Source: Hydrolagus affinis (taxonomy: Eukaryota). From it: 64,000 nucleotides of DNA. The translations under genes were made by a program, and so were the position numbers. Shown one piece after another: positions 1 through 12,769 of this stretch. A model generated the notes under the pieces. That model saw only the letters and a list, made by a program, of their open reading frames with translations, did no database searches and was not told the origin of the DNA. The DNA lies in assembly GCA_012026655.1 (NCBI GenBank), contig JAAILG010000374.1, positions 1-64,000 on the forward strand. The letters are read 5' to 3'. Positions within the stretch are counted from its first letter, which is position 1. The number at the start of each line of letters is the position of its first letter.

Positions 1-168
1 CGACCGTGCCTTTTGTTCCCCCCCGAATTTTTCAACCTCCCCTTCGTGTTTCACCCCCGCCCAAACACTCCCCTCCCAGCTCGGGTCACACTCCCCCTGT
101 GCAGCGCCTTGGGACGTCCTCCCGACGTGAAAGGCGCTCTATAAATGTAATTTGTTGTTGTTGTTGTT
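1..168 (+). mobile_element. L2-clade LINE 3' end (continues upstream of the window)
   Basis: C-rich 3'UTR, terminal stem-loop gcgccttgggacgtcctcccgacgtgaaaggcgc and (TTG)n tail; near-identical to 13174-13342. Confidence 0.85.
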
Positions 169-477
169 AATGGGGTCTGGAAATTTGGAGGAATGGTAAA
201 AATGGGATTAAAAAGATGGCACTTCCATCGGTTTTATTACATGAAAGAAATGCATTTCTCCCAGTTTGGGCTTGTAAACCTAAAAGCCCATATGCTTTCT
301 GGTTTTGAGCATAAGGTCTATTTTAGAATTATTACCTAATAAATATCTTCAGACTGGTTTGTAAATAATTAATTGGAAGGAAAATAACATGTTTATCAAT
401 TATTATAGGTAACTTGATAAGTGTAAATTTTGCCACTGAAGCAGTACAGATCTGGATCAAAACTCATATAAAAGGAC

Positions 478-540
478 TAGCGCCTTGGTATGTCCTCCTG
501 ATGTGAAAGGCGCTTTACAAGTGTAATTTTGTTGTTATTG
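478..540 (+). mobile_element. L2 tail-only fragment
   Basis: agcgccttggtatgtcctcctgatgtgaaaggcgctttacaagtgtaattttgttgtt. Confidence 0.7.
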
Positions 541-1679
541 ACAATGTTTCAATGAAGTGTACCTCCATGCATCGTCATTGAATTTAGAAAGAGAGAAGAT
601 TGACTCTCTGCTTTCAACATTCACACCACAATGTTAAACTATGGGCTAGCATTGTAAGCCCAGATTGTTGCTCTACAGTCTGCAGAAATGTGTTTGGCTT
701 TTAGAAGAGAATCAGCAAAGTTTATACGTTCTGCAATATGCATTGGATCACAGCGGGAAGATGGCCATTTATCAACTGTAGAAAGATCGATCAAGAATAA
801 ATACTGACCAAATCAAGGAGAATCAACATAGAGATATATTGCCTTCAGTATGATGTTGAGGGTGTTGTGGAACCTGGTAAGTAATAATAATTTATATTTT
901 GTTTGCAAATATAAAACATTTATACATTCGCTTTCTAAAGTTTATGATTACCACTGTTCTATGCAAGCCAACAATACTTGATAAAGGCTTAAATCAACAT
1001 GTGTGGTGCTCCCTTGCATTTTGTATTCCAAGTAAGTAATTCAAGTTGCTTCCAGCTTTCAATCTTACTGTAAAAAACAGAGATCTTTCAAGAGTTCAGA
1101 ATGTAAGCTGTCTTTTATATCTTCACAGATTAATCTACCTTTTGAGTTGTCACAATTTCGGGAGACAATGAAGACACTACTGTTCTAGATGTCAATGTCC
1201 CTGACCAGGAGGAAGACTCAGACTAAACTCCTTTCGGATGTTGACAGATGACTCTGCTGCTGACTAATCTCCTGTGTGTGGATCCTGCACAGGAAATTCT
1301 CTGTCTTTTACACTTCAATTCTGAGGGTTGCTTTTAAAATAATGTGGGACCCATTGGCCTGAATGGATAGATACGATTCCTCTCCCACTCCCAGGAAGGG
1401 CACTTTGGTGGAGGAGATTCATCTAAAGCTACAAGAGGTGGTGCACAGCTTACATGTCACCATGTGATCTGGGAACCTCCAGGTAGATAGTTAGGTGCCA
1501 CAATTGCATACCATTACATACTCAAGCGAAACCCAGTTGACTGGGTAACACTAGTCACAAATCATAAGAGGGAGAACTCCCTTGATTCTATGGAATACCA
1601 GTCTGTGAGGGTGTGCTTGTTCAGGCATCTTTGTATCAAGAAGATATAGAGTAAAATTAGTGCATAATTGCATTTATTT

Positions 1680-1977
1680 GGAGTCCTGTAGCTCAGTGGT
1701 TAGAGCACTCGTCTGGGTTTGATTCCAGGCAGAGCGAAACCGTGGGCAAGTTTCCTTACTCCGCCTGCCTGATAATAATCCTTCAAAAAATAAAATAAAT
1801 AATAAATTGGTCGTTTCAATCCACAACTGTTTGTCGAACACTGCTGTGCACAATTGGTTGCCACATTTCGTTCACAAATACAGTCAATTCACTTTGCAGT
1901 ATATTCTGTGAAGCACTTTGAGACATCTAGAAGACGCGAAAAGCGTCTTGGATTAAATGCTAGGATTATTGTTATTA
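1680..1977 (+). mobile_element. tRNA-derived SINE, near full length
   Basis: Head gagtcctgtagctcagtggttagagc (A box), gggtttgattcc (B box), body gggcaagtttccttactcc, L2-like tail ending ggattattgttatta; several related copies in the window. Confidence 0.85.
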
Positions 1978-2245
1978 CAGTAAAACTCACATGTCTTACC
2001 TTTATAAATTGTATCATCACCTAAGTTGTATAATCACCTGAGTCCCATTCAGTTGTCTACCAAAAAACACTAACATTTTGTTGCACTGCTCATACTACTC
2101 ACTTCCTAACCCATAACACCACTATCCTGCCCTCTGTTATTCCCCCAAATTTTTACCAATTATACAATTTGCCTCAACTCAGAGTTCACATAAGTTATAC
2201 TAAATGTTATGGTCCCAATTGATACAAATTATGTGAGTTTTACTG
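1978..2245. mobile_element. Non-autonomous Tc1/mariner (Tigger/pogo-type) MITE
   Basis: Perfect 15-bp TIRs CAGTAAAACTCACAT / ATGTGAGTTTTACTG flanked by TA on both sides (1976-1977, 2246-2247). Confidence 0.8.
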
Positions 2246-2449
2246 TAATATGTAAAGTGTAATCAACATGTTCTGATATTGTGGGGCTTTCAGACTTTTT
2301 GTACTAAAGCAAGGAAATAAAATGATCTAATTTCAAAACTACAGAGAGCAATTCCTGTTCTATGTGCTATAACATTTAAGAACATTGTATTAAATTAAGT
2401 CAAATGCATACAGTAAATTCATACAGTAAATTCTAATCATTACACTTTT

Positions 2450-2685
2450 GGAGGGCATCCCGAAGCATTTCAGATTATACTGTAAGTAACTATGTACTGT
2501 GTTTATGTTCCACAAACAGCTATGAAACAAATGATTAATCTTTTTGGGGGGAGATTATTGGCTAATCTTTTTCAACAGCACAGTGGGATTGTTAAAAGTG
2601 ATCTGAACAGGCAGATAGAACCTTAATTTTAACATCTCACCTGAAATATGCAACTCCAACAATGCAGTATACCATCAGCCATGCA
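2450..2685 (-). mobile_element. Decayed DeuSINE-like SINE
   Basis: Reverse complement resembles the Deu core (tttcaggtgagatgttaaa...ctgcctgttcagat) seen on + at 12770-13100 and 62440-62730. Confidence 0.5.
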
Positions 2686-3292
2686 TCTACAATAGTTGAT
2701 TTATGTAAATATTTTTAAAATAGCTTCTTTGTCCAGCATGTTTTCCATTTGCTTCCATATGCATGAGGATGATTCATCTGGTTCAAAATAAATTGATCAA
2801 TTTTGAATAAATTGTTGCTGACATGTCATATGTCCCTGTGCCCCGAGTACTATGTTCAGATATATATTCACACAGGCTGATGTATTTGTGCCATGTAAGT
2901 TTGACATTGATCATTATGTAAATATGCTGCAGATGCCAGCGAATGCTGTTGCCACTTATTTACTGTATTTTGTTTAATGAAGCATCATCATGCATCAATA
3001 TATAAATGCTTATTGTGTATTGGAAGTTCTGAATATTGAACCAAATATGTTTTTCATAATCTTCTGTCTGTTAGTGGTGTACCCTGACACTACTTGAGTA
3101 CCAGTGTAAATGTTCAATGTTATTGGTTTACCACATTGTTTAGCTTGACTGAACGTGTGGGTTAATGATTGGCTATTTAGGTTGGTGGTAGCCCAACCGC
3201 TGAGTTAATTTTACAGTGGAAAATATGTCTTGATGTTAACAATGTTTCAATCAACCAAGTCTGTTATTTTCTAATTGCAACAAAGTCAACAC

Positions 3293-3337
3293 AACAACAA
3301 GTTACATTTGCATCGTGCCTTTCACATCGGGGAGGAC
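3293..3337 (-). mobile_element. L2 tail-only fragment
   Basis: caacaacaagttacatttgcatcgtgcctttcacatcggggaggac is the reverse of the L2 terminus. Confidence 0.6.
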
Positions 3338-3740
3338 ACAAAATTATTGGTTGGGGAAAGTACGCCCGAGTTGCTATTTCTAATTGATTAAAATTGACTT
3401 GGTGATTAAAGTAATTACTCTAGAGCAAGGAATAGATCTGAATCTTCTCATTTTGTTTTTGGTTAGCCGAGAGTCTACCACATGTGGAAACTCATCTCCA
3501 TGTTTAAGATTATCCCCAAAAAAAACTGAGTTCCATGTATTCTACCTAGATGTGGGAATTCCTGTGTCTGAACTGGAATGCACACTATCTCCCTGGAAGG
3601 ATAAACTGTGCTTATCTGACAATGAAGAGTGTTAGGCACAGGTTAGAAAGGGGCAAGCCTTTAGGACACCAGAGTGTGTGAAGACATGATGACCCGTTAA
3701 TGCATATTTTAAAATTTTAAGTTCTCCTCTCTCCCCTTCT

Positions 3741-3756
3741 CACACACACACACACA
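3741..3756. repeat. (CA)n microsatellite
   Basis: cacacacacacacaca. Confidence 0.8.
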
Positions 3757-4202
3757 AAGATCACGAATGTGATTGTCTGAATGCAGTGATAAATAAATTT
3801 GAACGATTTAGCCAGTCACCCTGAAATGAATTCTATATAAGAGAAATTGTGTAAATTGAAGATTGTGACAAACTTTGGGTTTGGATTATCTGCTGTTGAA
3901 ATCTGTTACTGCATTAAATACACAGGCTGAGCTAACAATGTTTTGAGGATTCATTTTCATTCCCTGAAAGGAGGAATGAGAAACTTCTTTCAATGGGACA
4001 CTGGGTGGTGCAGTGCGTTTGTACATCATCATGACGAGCTTGATTCAAATCCAGTTTAGACTAAGCAGTTTCAGGACCTCTCTATTTGCCCTTCTGTAGC
4101 AGTGGCTTTGATTACAATCCTGCCTTGATAAACAGGAGTTATAGTCTTTTGTCTGGGTTCTCTGATTTATTATAGAGCTCCTGTCATTTTGAATCAAGGA
4201 CT

Positions 4203-4272
4203 ACAACAACAACAACAAAATTACATTTATAGAGTGCCTTTCACATCGGGAGGACGTCCCAAGGTGCTGGAC
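4203..4272 (-). mobile_element. L2 tail-only fragment
   Basis: acaacaacaacaacaaaattacatttatagagtgcctttcacatcgggaggacgtcccaaggtgctg. Confidence 0.75.
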
Positions 4273-5692
4273 CAGTGTTTGATTCGCTGACACGATGCCA
4301 GGACAGGCTGTGTCGTATAAAAATGATTTTGCATACTAATTCCCTTAATTCCAGAATATGCTGCTTCTTAGACTCTACAACAAATGTTTACCATGTAAAC
4401 CTACTCAACTATTTATTTGAAGTAGGTTACCAGTCGTGAGAGAAAGCTATCTGGAGAAGGGAGAGATGTCCTGCGTTGCTTTAGCGTTGACTTTGAAATG
4501 TTGATTTAGGAACAACCTTTGTGGTGATACCTGTACACTGTTCTATTTTGCCCTCCTCAGAGAGAAGAGAGGATACAGTGTAGGGCTACAGTTGAAATAT
4601 GTTTGAACCCAAAATACATTGACACAGAGATCTTGTTTTTGAAACATATTATTTTAAAAAAATCACAATGAGTTTAGTCTCGAGCAGCCAGGTTCTTCAA
4701 TTTCGAATGTTACCTTACATTGGCTACTCTATAATCCAGACACCAAAGTTATGATATAAATACTGTTATCTTATAGTCAGCGACCTTCTGTTTCTGCTAC
4801 TCACTGCCATATGTTCAAGTCTCTTTCATCTATGGATGGTCAGGTCATATTCAAGTGAAATCTATTTCATTAATATTTTATATGACGTCAATTAGTCATG
4901 TTGATTGCGGCACAACATTATTATGGCACAGAATGAGAGATGTGACTAGTTTGCACAAATTCTAAAAATGTAGGGAGTGGGTGAGCAGTATGTTTAATCT
5001 TGTAGACTTACCTTATCAAGTGATACTTCCACAAGATTACTTCAAAGGATCAGTTGACGATGTCTTAGTTCAGTCAGCAGCAGGTAAACTGCACAGGTTT
5101 ATGGTTTACTCAATGTAGCTGAAGTGATAGGGACCAATGTGTTGTACTCACTCATTCCTTCCTCCCCAAATCATGAGTGTGAACAAAGCTGAATTTTTTT
5201 TTGTTTCAGAACTGCAAGCAACACCTTTTTAATTAAGATCCAATTATGGATATATTTATGAAGTAGTTTATTAAAAATGCAGCTAAAGGGATGTTTTGTT
5301 ATGACTTATATAGTAACATTGGGGACAGGTGATCAGTGAAAACCTGGCATTTACCATTCAAAGCAGTTGTATGTTGCTGTATTGTCTTAGTCGACTAATC
5401 AAGGCAGGAATTGATGCCAAGCAGATAGCAGCCTGTGTGAAGTTAGTTCAGTGCAATATCAATTCCTATAAAAGCAGTCAGTTACTGAGTCTGTAGTGCT
5501 GTACTATAATAATTGATATTTGTGTATATGCAGTATGGAACATCTTGGCACCAGAGTCCATACCTCCTGCATTTAGCCAACCAGCTGATGTGAAGGACAC
5601 AGTGAATACCAAACTGTAGGGCTTACTTTAAAAATAACACAGAATGCAGTAAAAAGCTAGCCTTGTCTAACCACACATTTTTGATTTAACAG

Positions 5693-5866
5693 GAAATCAG
5701 CGATGCTGAGATTTTGGAACTTGTTCACAGCGCTCTAGGGCGCATGACGGTGGTCCGACAAGTCTTTCCCAGCTCCAAGGATTCAAATCGTAGATGCATG
5801 AGAAACAACCATCGCATATCCTCATTGTTGTGTGATCCACAGGAAGGCTACCTGCAAACATTACAG
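5693..5866 (+). CDS. GRID1: GRID1 coding exon (human exon 6 equivalent), amino-terminal domain
   Basis: tttaacAG acceptor, CAG|gtctgt donor; 174 nt, phase 0/0; translates [58 protein letters not shown], matching GluD1 [26 protein letters not shown]...[19 protein letters not shown]. Missed by the ORF track. Confidence 0.96.
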
Positions 5867-6052
5867 GTCTGTATATAGTAACAACAAATAAATTGTAACA
5901 GTTTCACAAGTATGCATTTCCACTATACTCTATTTTTAATGGGTTCTTCTGTCTAATATATTGTAAAGTTTAATCCATCAATGTTCCTGTGTGATCCATC
6001 GCTTAGTTTATGTGGTTTGTTATCACATTGTTGGTGGTCCACTGAGTAATGT

Positions 6053-6240
6053 ATTGTTTAATACATAGAGCTCCCACTGTGAAATGCACTGTTCATTAAG
6101 TAGAGCTAATCCTGTACAATGTAATGTTTAATACATAGAGCTAGTGCTGAGAAACATACTGTTCACTCTATGTAGAGTTGATTTATGTGAAGTACAGTAC
6201 AGTACAGAGCTCTTATGTTATGGCTTATTGTTTAATGTAT
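6053..6240. repeat. Degenerate minisatellite (about 35/70-bp period)
   Basis: tgtttaatacatagagct at 6055 and 6125, with intervening actgttca...tagag(c/t)t half-units. Confidence 0.55.
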
Positions 6241-7496
6241 TATTCAGTATATGAGTACCTTCATCGTGTAATATCCATTACCTACTCTAATGGAAAGCCA
6301 GACTATAACTGCTTGGAATTCTTTATATAACATTAGAATTACTGCCCTGCAGGTGTCTGGCATAGGAGTTAACTGAGTTAATATAGTTTGGATACGTGAT
6401 AATTGTTTTTTCCAAAAGTGTGTGTGTCAAGTTAGTGTCCTCAAACTATCGGGCTCAATAGAGCCCACAGATAAATTGATTAGATGCTATATCATTTGCA
6501 TTTTTGCTCAAAGTGGAACTTACTTTTTGAAAGTGCTTTATTTAAGCCTTTGTTTTGGTTGTGTGAGGAAGATGAACCAGAACGGCTGTATATCATGTTA
6601 TGATATATTCGGCTATACTAAGTTTGTTATTTAGAAAACCCCCCAGAATGGAAACCCCTTCATAAAGTGAAGTTTAAATTAATCACAATTATTTAAATTT
6701 GTTCACATTTTAGCATGATGCTTTTTAAAATATATATTTTTTTAAAGATAAAAAAGAAACAGACTTCTTCTCCTAAAGCGGTTTAAGGTTCCTGTCCTAG
6801 TATTGAAATTCTCTCTTCAAAGGGAACTATAGCACAGTCAATCCAATTCAAATTAATATTCTATAAATCAGTTTGAGGTATCTCGACGATACATTAAGGT
6901 GCTCACTCAAAACCCAGGATTATTTCACTGAGAATAAACCTCACTATACAATGAAGTTTCCTCTAAAAAAGACATTCTATAGTAAGACTCTCTACAGATA
7001 CAACTCTTATCTAATATACAACTCTTATAGCAGTTACCTAAATGCAGATAGTGCTTGTCATTAGAGAAGGAATTGATCACTTTTTATTGAAAGAGTAGAA
7101 AGATCTGCCTTTGGATAAAATATAATACTGTATATACCTTGCAATAAAGTCAGTTGGGCTGATGTGAATCACTTTTGTTAATCTATAACCAGTGTTAGAA
7201 ACTGGACTCTTTATGAATGTTAGAAAAATGAATAATGATAATGGAAGGTACAAACCTTATCTGAGAGGATTTTTATTTTATTTGTAGGTTTGGAGTCATT
7301 CTAGTGATATTTTAAAGATTACTTAATCCTCTGGCATTGGTTTTCTGAAGGATGCATATTCAGTCAATGTTCAAAATGCCGGTGAACTGTTTGGAATTCA
7401 GTTTGCTCATCAAATTACTTGTAGCGGCCTTCGTGAGCTTTTTTCCTTTGCCTAAGTAGCACTAAAATAATAATAATATATAGGATAGTGCCTTAT

Positions 7497-7742
7497 CAAC
7501 AACAGCAACAAAATTACACTTGCATAGTGCCTTTCATGAAATTTCACATTCCAAGGCGCTGTAGGCTTATCATGTAGGAAGGACAATCTCAAGGCGCTTC
7601 ACTGAATTTACTGTGGAATGAACTATGCATTTGTAAGGTCATCCCGCCCAATGAGTATAATTAATGCAATAAACGAAAAATGGGATCGATTTTGTGGGTG
7701 TTTTGCCCCCAAAATACTGTATACAGGATCATTATTATTATT
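7497..7742 (-). mobile_element. Adjacent L2 tail and SINE 3' fragments
   Basis: caacaacagcaacaaaattacacttgcatagtgcctttca...ccaaggcgct, followed by tctcaaggcgcttcactgaatttactgt (reverse SINE tail). Confidence 0.55.
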
Positions 7743-7818
7743 TAGAATCAAATTTGAGAATTTATTTTTGCTTCTAAATCGTGATTAGTTAATCATGTTC
7801 ATTTTATTTGTTCTCTAG

Positions 7819-8244
<426 letters not shown>

Positions 8245-8651
8245 TGATTTGTGTTAGGGCTCACCCACTTTTGCTGTTAGAATAGAGAAGGATTACGAAT
8301 AAAAGAAATGGATTTCTTTTGTCCTTTAAAAGTGATTTGGTGCATTGGTTTTGTAAGATAGATTTTGATCCAAGTGTATTGATCTATTCAAACTCATTTT
8401 TATGGAAGATTATTTAACCCATTCGAGGTCTGAATAATAGAAAGTGACTTCATCGATTGGATTATAAACAGTAGAACTAAATTAGAAGTGGATTGTTTCA
8501 TTGCAATGCTATATAATGAGAGTAATTTGCAAGTGGTTTGTAATTAGAATTTACAAAAGTCCAAGTGAAAGTAAAGTGATTCATTTATTGGATTTCTAAT
8601 CGAGTATGAGTAATGTGTTTATCTAAAGTCAATTGTATTTGTTGAGCAATA

Positions 8652-8830
8652 GATAGTTGGCACCACTTTCATCCCTAAATCAGAAGATGGTGAGTTCAAG
8701 CACCACACTGGATTTTTGAACTTGCACTTGAGGCTGACATGCCAGCACTATTGCTGAGGCAGTGCTACATCATAAGATGCTGCCGGCCTTAGAAGGAAGT
8801 GTTAAATCTGAGATGCTACCCTGCATGAAG
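8652..8830 (+). mobile_element. DeuSINE-like 5' portion
   Basis: tRNA-like head (gagttcaagcaccac) plus aggctgacatgccagcactattgctgaggcagtgctacat...gtgttaaatctgag, resembling the SacSINE1/AmnSINE1 core. Confidence 0.5.
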
Positions 8831-8848
8831 GGCGCCAAATTATACCTT

Positions 8849-9147
8849 TGAATCCTGTAGCTCAGTGGTTAGAGCAGTCCCCTCGCAAGCAAGAGACCTG
8901 GGTTTGATTCCTGCCCATGGTGAAACCTTGGGCAAGTTTCCTTACTCCACACATCAGATAGTAATTCCTCAAAAAAAAATTGTGCATTCTATCTACGATA
9001 GTTTGTGGGACACTGCTGTGGACAATTGCCTGCAGCGTTTTGTTCACAACATATACACTCAAATCACTTTACAGTATATTCTGTGAAGTGCTTTGAGACA
9101 TCCAGACAACGTAAAAAGCACTATATCAAATGCAAAAATTATTATTA
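8849..9147 (+). mobile_element. tRNA-derived SINE, near full length
   Basis: gaatcctgtagctcagtggttagagc...ctcgcaagcaagagacctgggtttgattcc...gggcaagtttccttactcc...gcactatatcaaatgca, then attattatt tail. Confidence 0.85.
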
Positions 9148-9167
9148 AATCAATTTAAATTATTATC

Positions 9168-9275
9168 AATAATAATAATCCTTGGATTTGGTATAGCGCT
9201 TTTCGCATCTTAACAACATCTCAAAGTGCTTCACAGAATATCCTTTAAAGTGAATTAACTGTATATTTGTGGAAG
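9168..9275 (-). mobile_element. SINE 3' fragment, inverted relative to the preceding copy
   Basis: aataataataatccttggatttggtatagcgcttttcgca...tctcaaagtgcttcacagaata is the reverse complement of the SINE tail. Confidence 0.8.
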
Positions 9276-9535
9276 AAATCATATTATTAGAATATTATTA
9301 CACTAATGACAGTCAGTGTTCATATAACAAAAAGCCCAGCGTTCTCGGGGACATGATCCAGGGACATGCTGCAACCGGATTTGATATTTTAATGAAATGG
9401 GTTTTTGATCTAGCACCTTGAATGAACTCCTGCTTTTGTGTAACAGATGCAGGCAACAGCCTCTGTAATGAGGATGATCAAGACAAATGGGTGAATGCTT
9501 ACTGATTGAACTATGTTCTTTCCTGTTCCTCTTAG

Positions 9536-9655
9536 GGTCGGATTCATGGACTTACAGGAGCTATGGAATTCAGAGATGATGGATCAAACAATAATGTTCA
9601 TTTTGAGATCCTTGGCACCAGTTATAGTGAAACCTTTGGGAAAGATGTTCGAAGG
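9536..9655 (+). CDS. GRID1: GRID1 coding exon (exon 8 equivalent), end of amino-terminal domain
   Basis: ttcctcttAG acceptor, AGG|gtaaat donor; 120 nt; [40 protein letters not shown]. Confidence 0.96.
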
Positions 9656-11677
9656 GTAAATGCTTAATATCTCTTCTTACTGTATTATTGCTGGTTATGT
9701 TGTTGCATGGAATGAATGAAGTAGGGTAACAGTCCAACCACAAAAAGCAAATTCTATAGCATTCAGGGGTTTAACAATAAAGAATTTGATAGGTGAACAA
9801 CTGTCTCAGTACTGAGTACTGGCTCAGAGCAGAGGAATTGTCTCACTGCCAAAGCATTACTGAGAGAAGCTTTTTATGTGTTGGGTAGAAAGCTTACAAA
9901 AAGGTAGTAGGCAATGCAATTTAGAAATAATATTTTACTACAAGTTCAGTTTTGTGCACAGGTCAAAATAAATTAGCTGATCCTTAGCATAAACGGATGG
10001 CTCATGTATATTCTATGTTAACAATCAACGAATGTCTGAAAATTAAGGGGACTTTTGATAACCCTTGATAGTGGGGGAATAAGATATTGCAACCCACCTG
10101 AAAGGATCACCCATTCCTTTGTTTCTAATTGTGTATCGGCTTTTGCGGCTATTCGATAGAATAATATTGCGTTGGACACCTATTAATGGAATACCCTTTG
10201 TGTGTCAAGAAAAGTGTCTCAATTATCCAGCTGTTCCCTAATGAATAAAGTCTATTAAATATCAGTGATCTTGCAGAAAATCAGGAACTGCTGAAGCAGA
10301 CTAAACAATTTCACAAAAGTTAAGGATGACCCAGCAGTCACATTCACATTGACGCAAAATTAAATGCTGACATTTAGTTAGAGATGCTATGTTCTGATGA
10401 ACAGCCATCAAGCATATTAAAAGCATCATACTGTTGTGAAGCAGCCGATTGTTTTCAAATTCCTTCTGATGAGTAATATTAAAGATTTTTAAAGAAACAT
10501 TTAAAACTACAATCTGAAGGTAATTAAAACGAATATTAATTATAGTATTTGGTTACAAAATATTGTCCCCCCACCCCAATAAAATCCGTAATGTACATTT
10601 CCTATAATAAAATCAGTGTTTTCCACTATACTTCACTGGAACTAAATGGCTTCCTGGGCCTATAGCTGAGCAATTCATTTGTCTTGTGAGAACCAAGATC
10701 TGCTGTATGCCCCAGTACTCAATGAATGTTGACAGTCCAATTAAATACTTTAAAAGGGTCCAGTGTGTTGCAGTTGATGTTTTGAGCAAATACTATAAAT
10801 GGTTTGCATCATATTCAATTTGAAAAAACAAATTATCTAGGATCCAGAGGCATTGAACTCTACACCTTTTTGCATTGTCTCCTTTAGTGTCCTTGATCTA
10901 TAGGCTACAACCCTAATAATTACTTATTTATACTACCTGTGCTGTGCCCTTCTTCATATATTTCTTAGCAGAAGTATTCCTGCTGTGAGTGTCAAGTAGT
11001 CAGTATAACTAAAAGTGACATAGACATTTCTCCTTCCCACATTCCAGGAAACCATCTCGCCGGGTAGTTAGCAGAATGTATTTACTACCAGCAGTTAATC
11101 ATGTCCATAAAATATTTGATTTGCTTCTTATTACTATACAGTGCCAGTAATCAAGTGAATTGCACAATGCAAGGAATCATCCAAATAATAAAGGACTAAA
11201 GCAGAGGGTCATTTTCCTTTCACCTCTGGATACCTTCACCTCCTATATAAATGGACAATATATTGGCAACCCAAATGAATTGGGGAGAAAGACAATTGGA
11301 AGTAAAAATGGAATTGGCACATTAATACAGTTCTGTCGGGGGTGCTCTATATCTAGTTTCAAGCTAATGGGATATTGCAGAGAACATGTTTTGTATCTAA
11401 TATGTTTTTTATCTGACCTGAAAGTCCTTGATGCTGACCCTGATTTTAGATAAGCAGATCACTCGTGGTCAGATTTTATATGTTGCCCTGTAGGCACACA
11501 GAACTTAATTGAGAGCTTACCATGCCTTTCCTTCCATCTGTCTTTCTGAAATTAAGATTTAGAATTATATTTAGTCTGGCTCTTTATTGTGGTCCCTTTC
11601 ATTGCTTCCTTGACTTTACACATGACAGAAACTTTGATTTTGATCATATGGAAAAGAAATAACTGGAAAAAGCAGGC

Positions 11678-12166
11678 GACCACATCACTCCCACCCTTGC
11701 CTGTCTCCACTGACTCCCCACCCCCCCAGAGGATCGAATTCAAGATCCTTGTTCTCACTTTCAAGGCCATTCACGGCCTTGTCCCTGCCTATCTCTCCGA
11801 CCTGTCTCCCTATCAGCCTGTCCTTCCCCTCCGTTCAGCGGGCTTTGGCCTGCTCCATGTCCCCCACCCAAACCACCTACCATCGGTGGCCGGGCTTGCA
11901 GACTCTCTGCCCCCACACTCTGGAACTCCGTCCCACAATCCCTTCGCTTCGCATCCTCCCTTTCCTCCTTTCAAGGCCAAACTCAAGACCTTCCCCTTCG
12001 ACCATGATTTCTGCTGCCCTCCTAACTCTTCTCCCTTTCCTACTCTCCTTCCCCCTGTCCCTACCTTGACCCTTCCCCCCTGCTCAGGTCCCGACCTAAC
12101 TGTTCAGTGCCTTGGGACGTCCTCTCAACATGATAGGCGTTCTATAAAAGTAATTTTGTTGTTGTA
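11678..12166 (+). mobile_element. L2 LINE 3' fragment (ORF2 C-terminus plus 3'UTR)
   Basis: Encodes QRIEFKILVLTFKAIHGLVPAYLSDLSPYQP..LRS, typical of the L2 ORF2 C-terminus, and FKAKLKTF; ends in stem-loop plus ttgttgttg. Confidence 0.9.
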
Positions 12167-12769
12167 TTAAATTGCGCTCATTTAATCCCTAGCTAATAAA
12201 TGCTCAATATGTCTGATCCATGATGCATCCAGGCTACCTTTAAAATGATTTAAAGTTATGTTAATGTGCTTATTTAGCAATATCCCCTATAAGTGGAATA
12301 GCCCTCCATCAATATTTGTTTCCCCTCACACAAAAAAATCCAAACTTTATATTACAATTCACAAAGCTTCTCCCCAATTCCTAGCTGAAATGCTTTGCAC
12401 TATCAGACTTTGCTTCTAAAAGATTAGCATTAAAGGATTGATGATGTATTCATGGCTCTCCTTTACCTTATACAGAATTGAAAAAGTGACTATCTTAAAA
12501 AGTAAAAGAAAGTTGCTTGGCTTAAATGTAATTTAGGAGGAATGTATTTTAGTGGATTTCTGAGACTCGTTAATAACAGTGAGACATTGCATTCATAATA
12601 AAAACAATTTACAACAACAACAACAACAACTTGCACTTATATAGCACCCTCCACGCTGGGTAGAGTCTGAGTGTTTAACAGTGGCGGAAGGGGTAGGGGG
12701 GATGGTGGCTAAATTTCTTCAAATTTAGAATACAGTACTTTGTTATCTAAATTTTAATCTAGCTCATTT

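Noticed and set aside
849-882. Missing GRID1 exon 5 or a cryptic exon ending at the strong donor CTG|gtaagt (876/877)
   Set aside because: No frame resembles exon 5 (AVETNLASKDSHWVFVNE-like). Candidate lengths of 28 or 172 nt would shift the frame. Isolated donor-like 9-mers are common in long introns.
11589-12170. 193-aa ORF and the overlapping Pro/Gly-rich ORFs at 13048-13316, 18404-19050, 41055-41375 and 53915-54190 as host genes
   Set aside because: All lie in L2 3' fragments; they are frameshifted ORF2 ends or GC-rich alternative frames.
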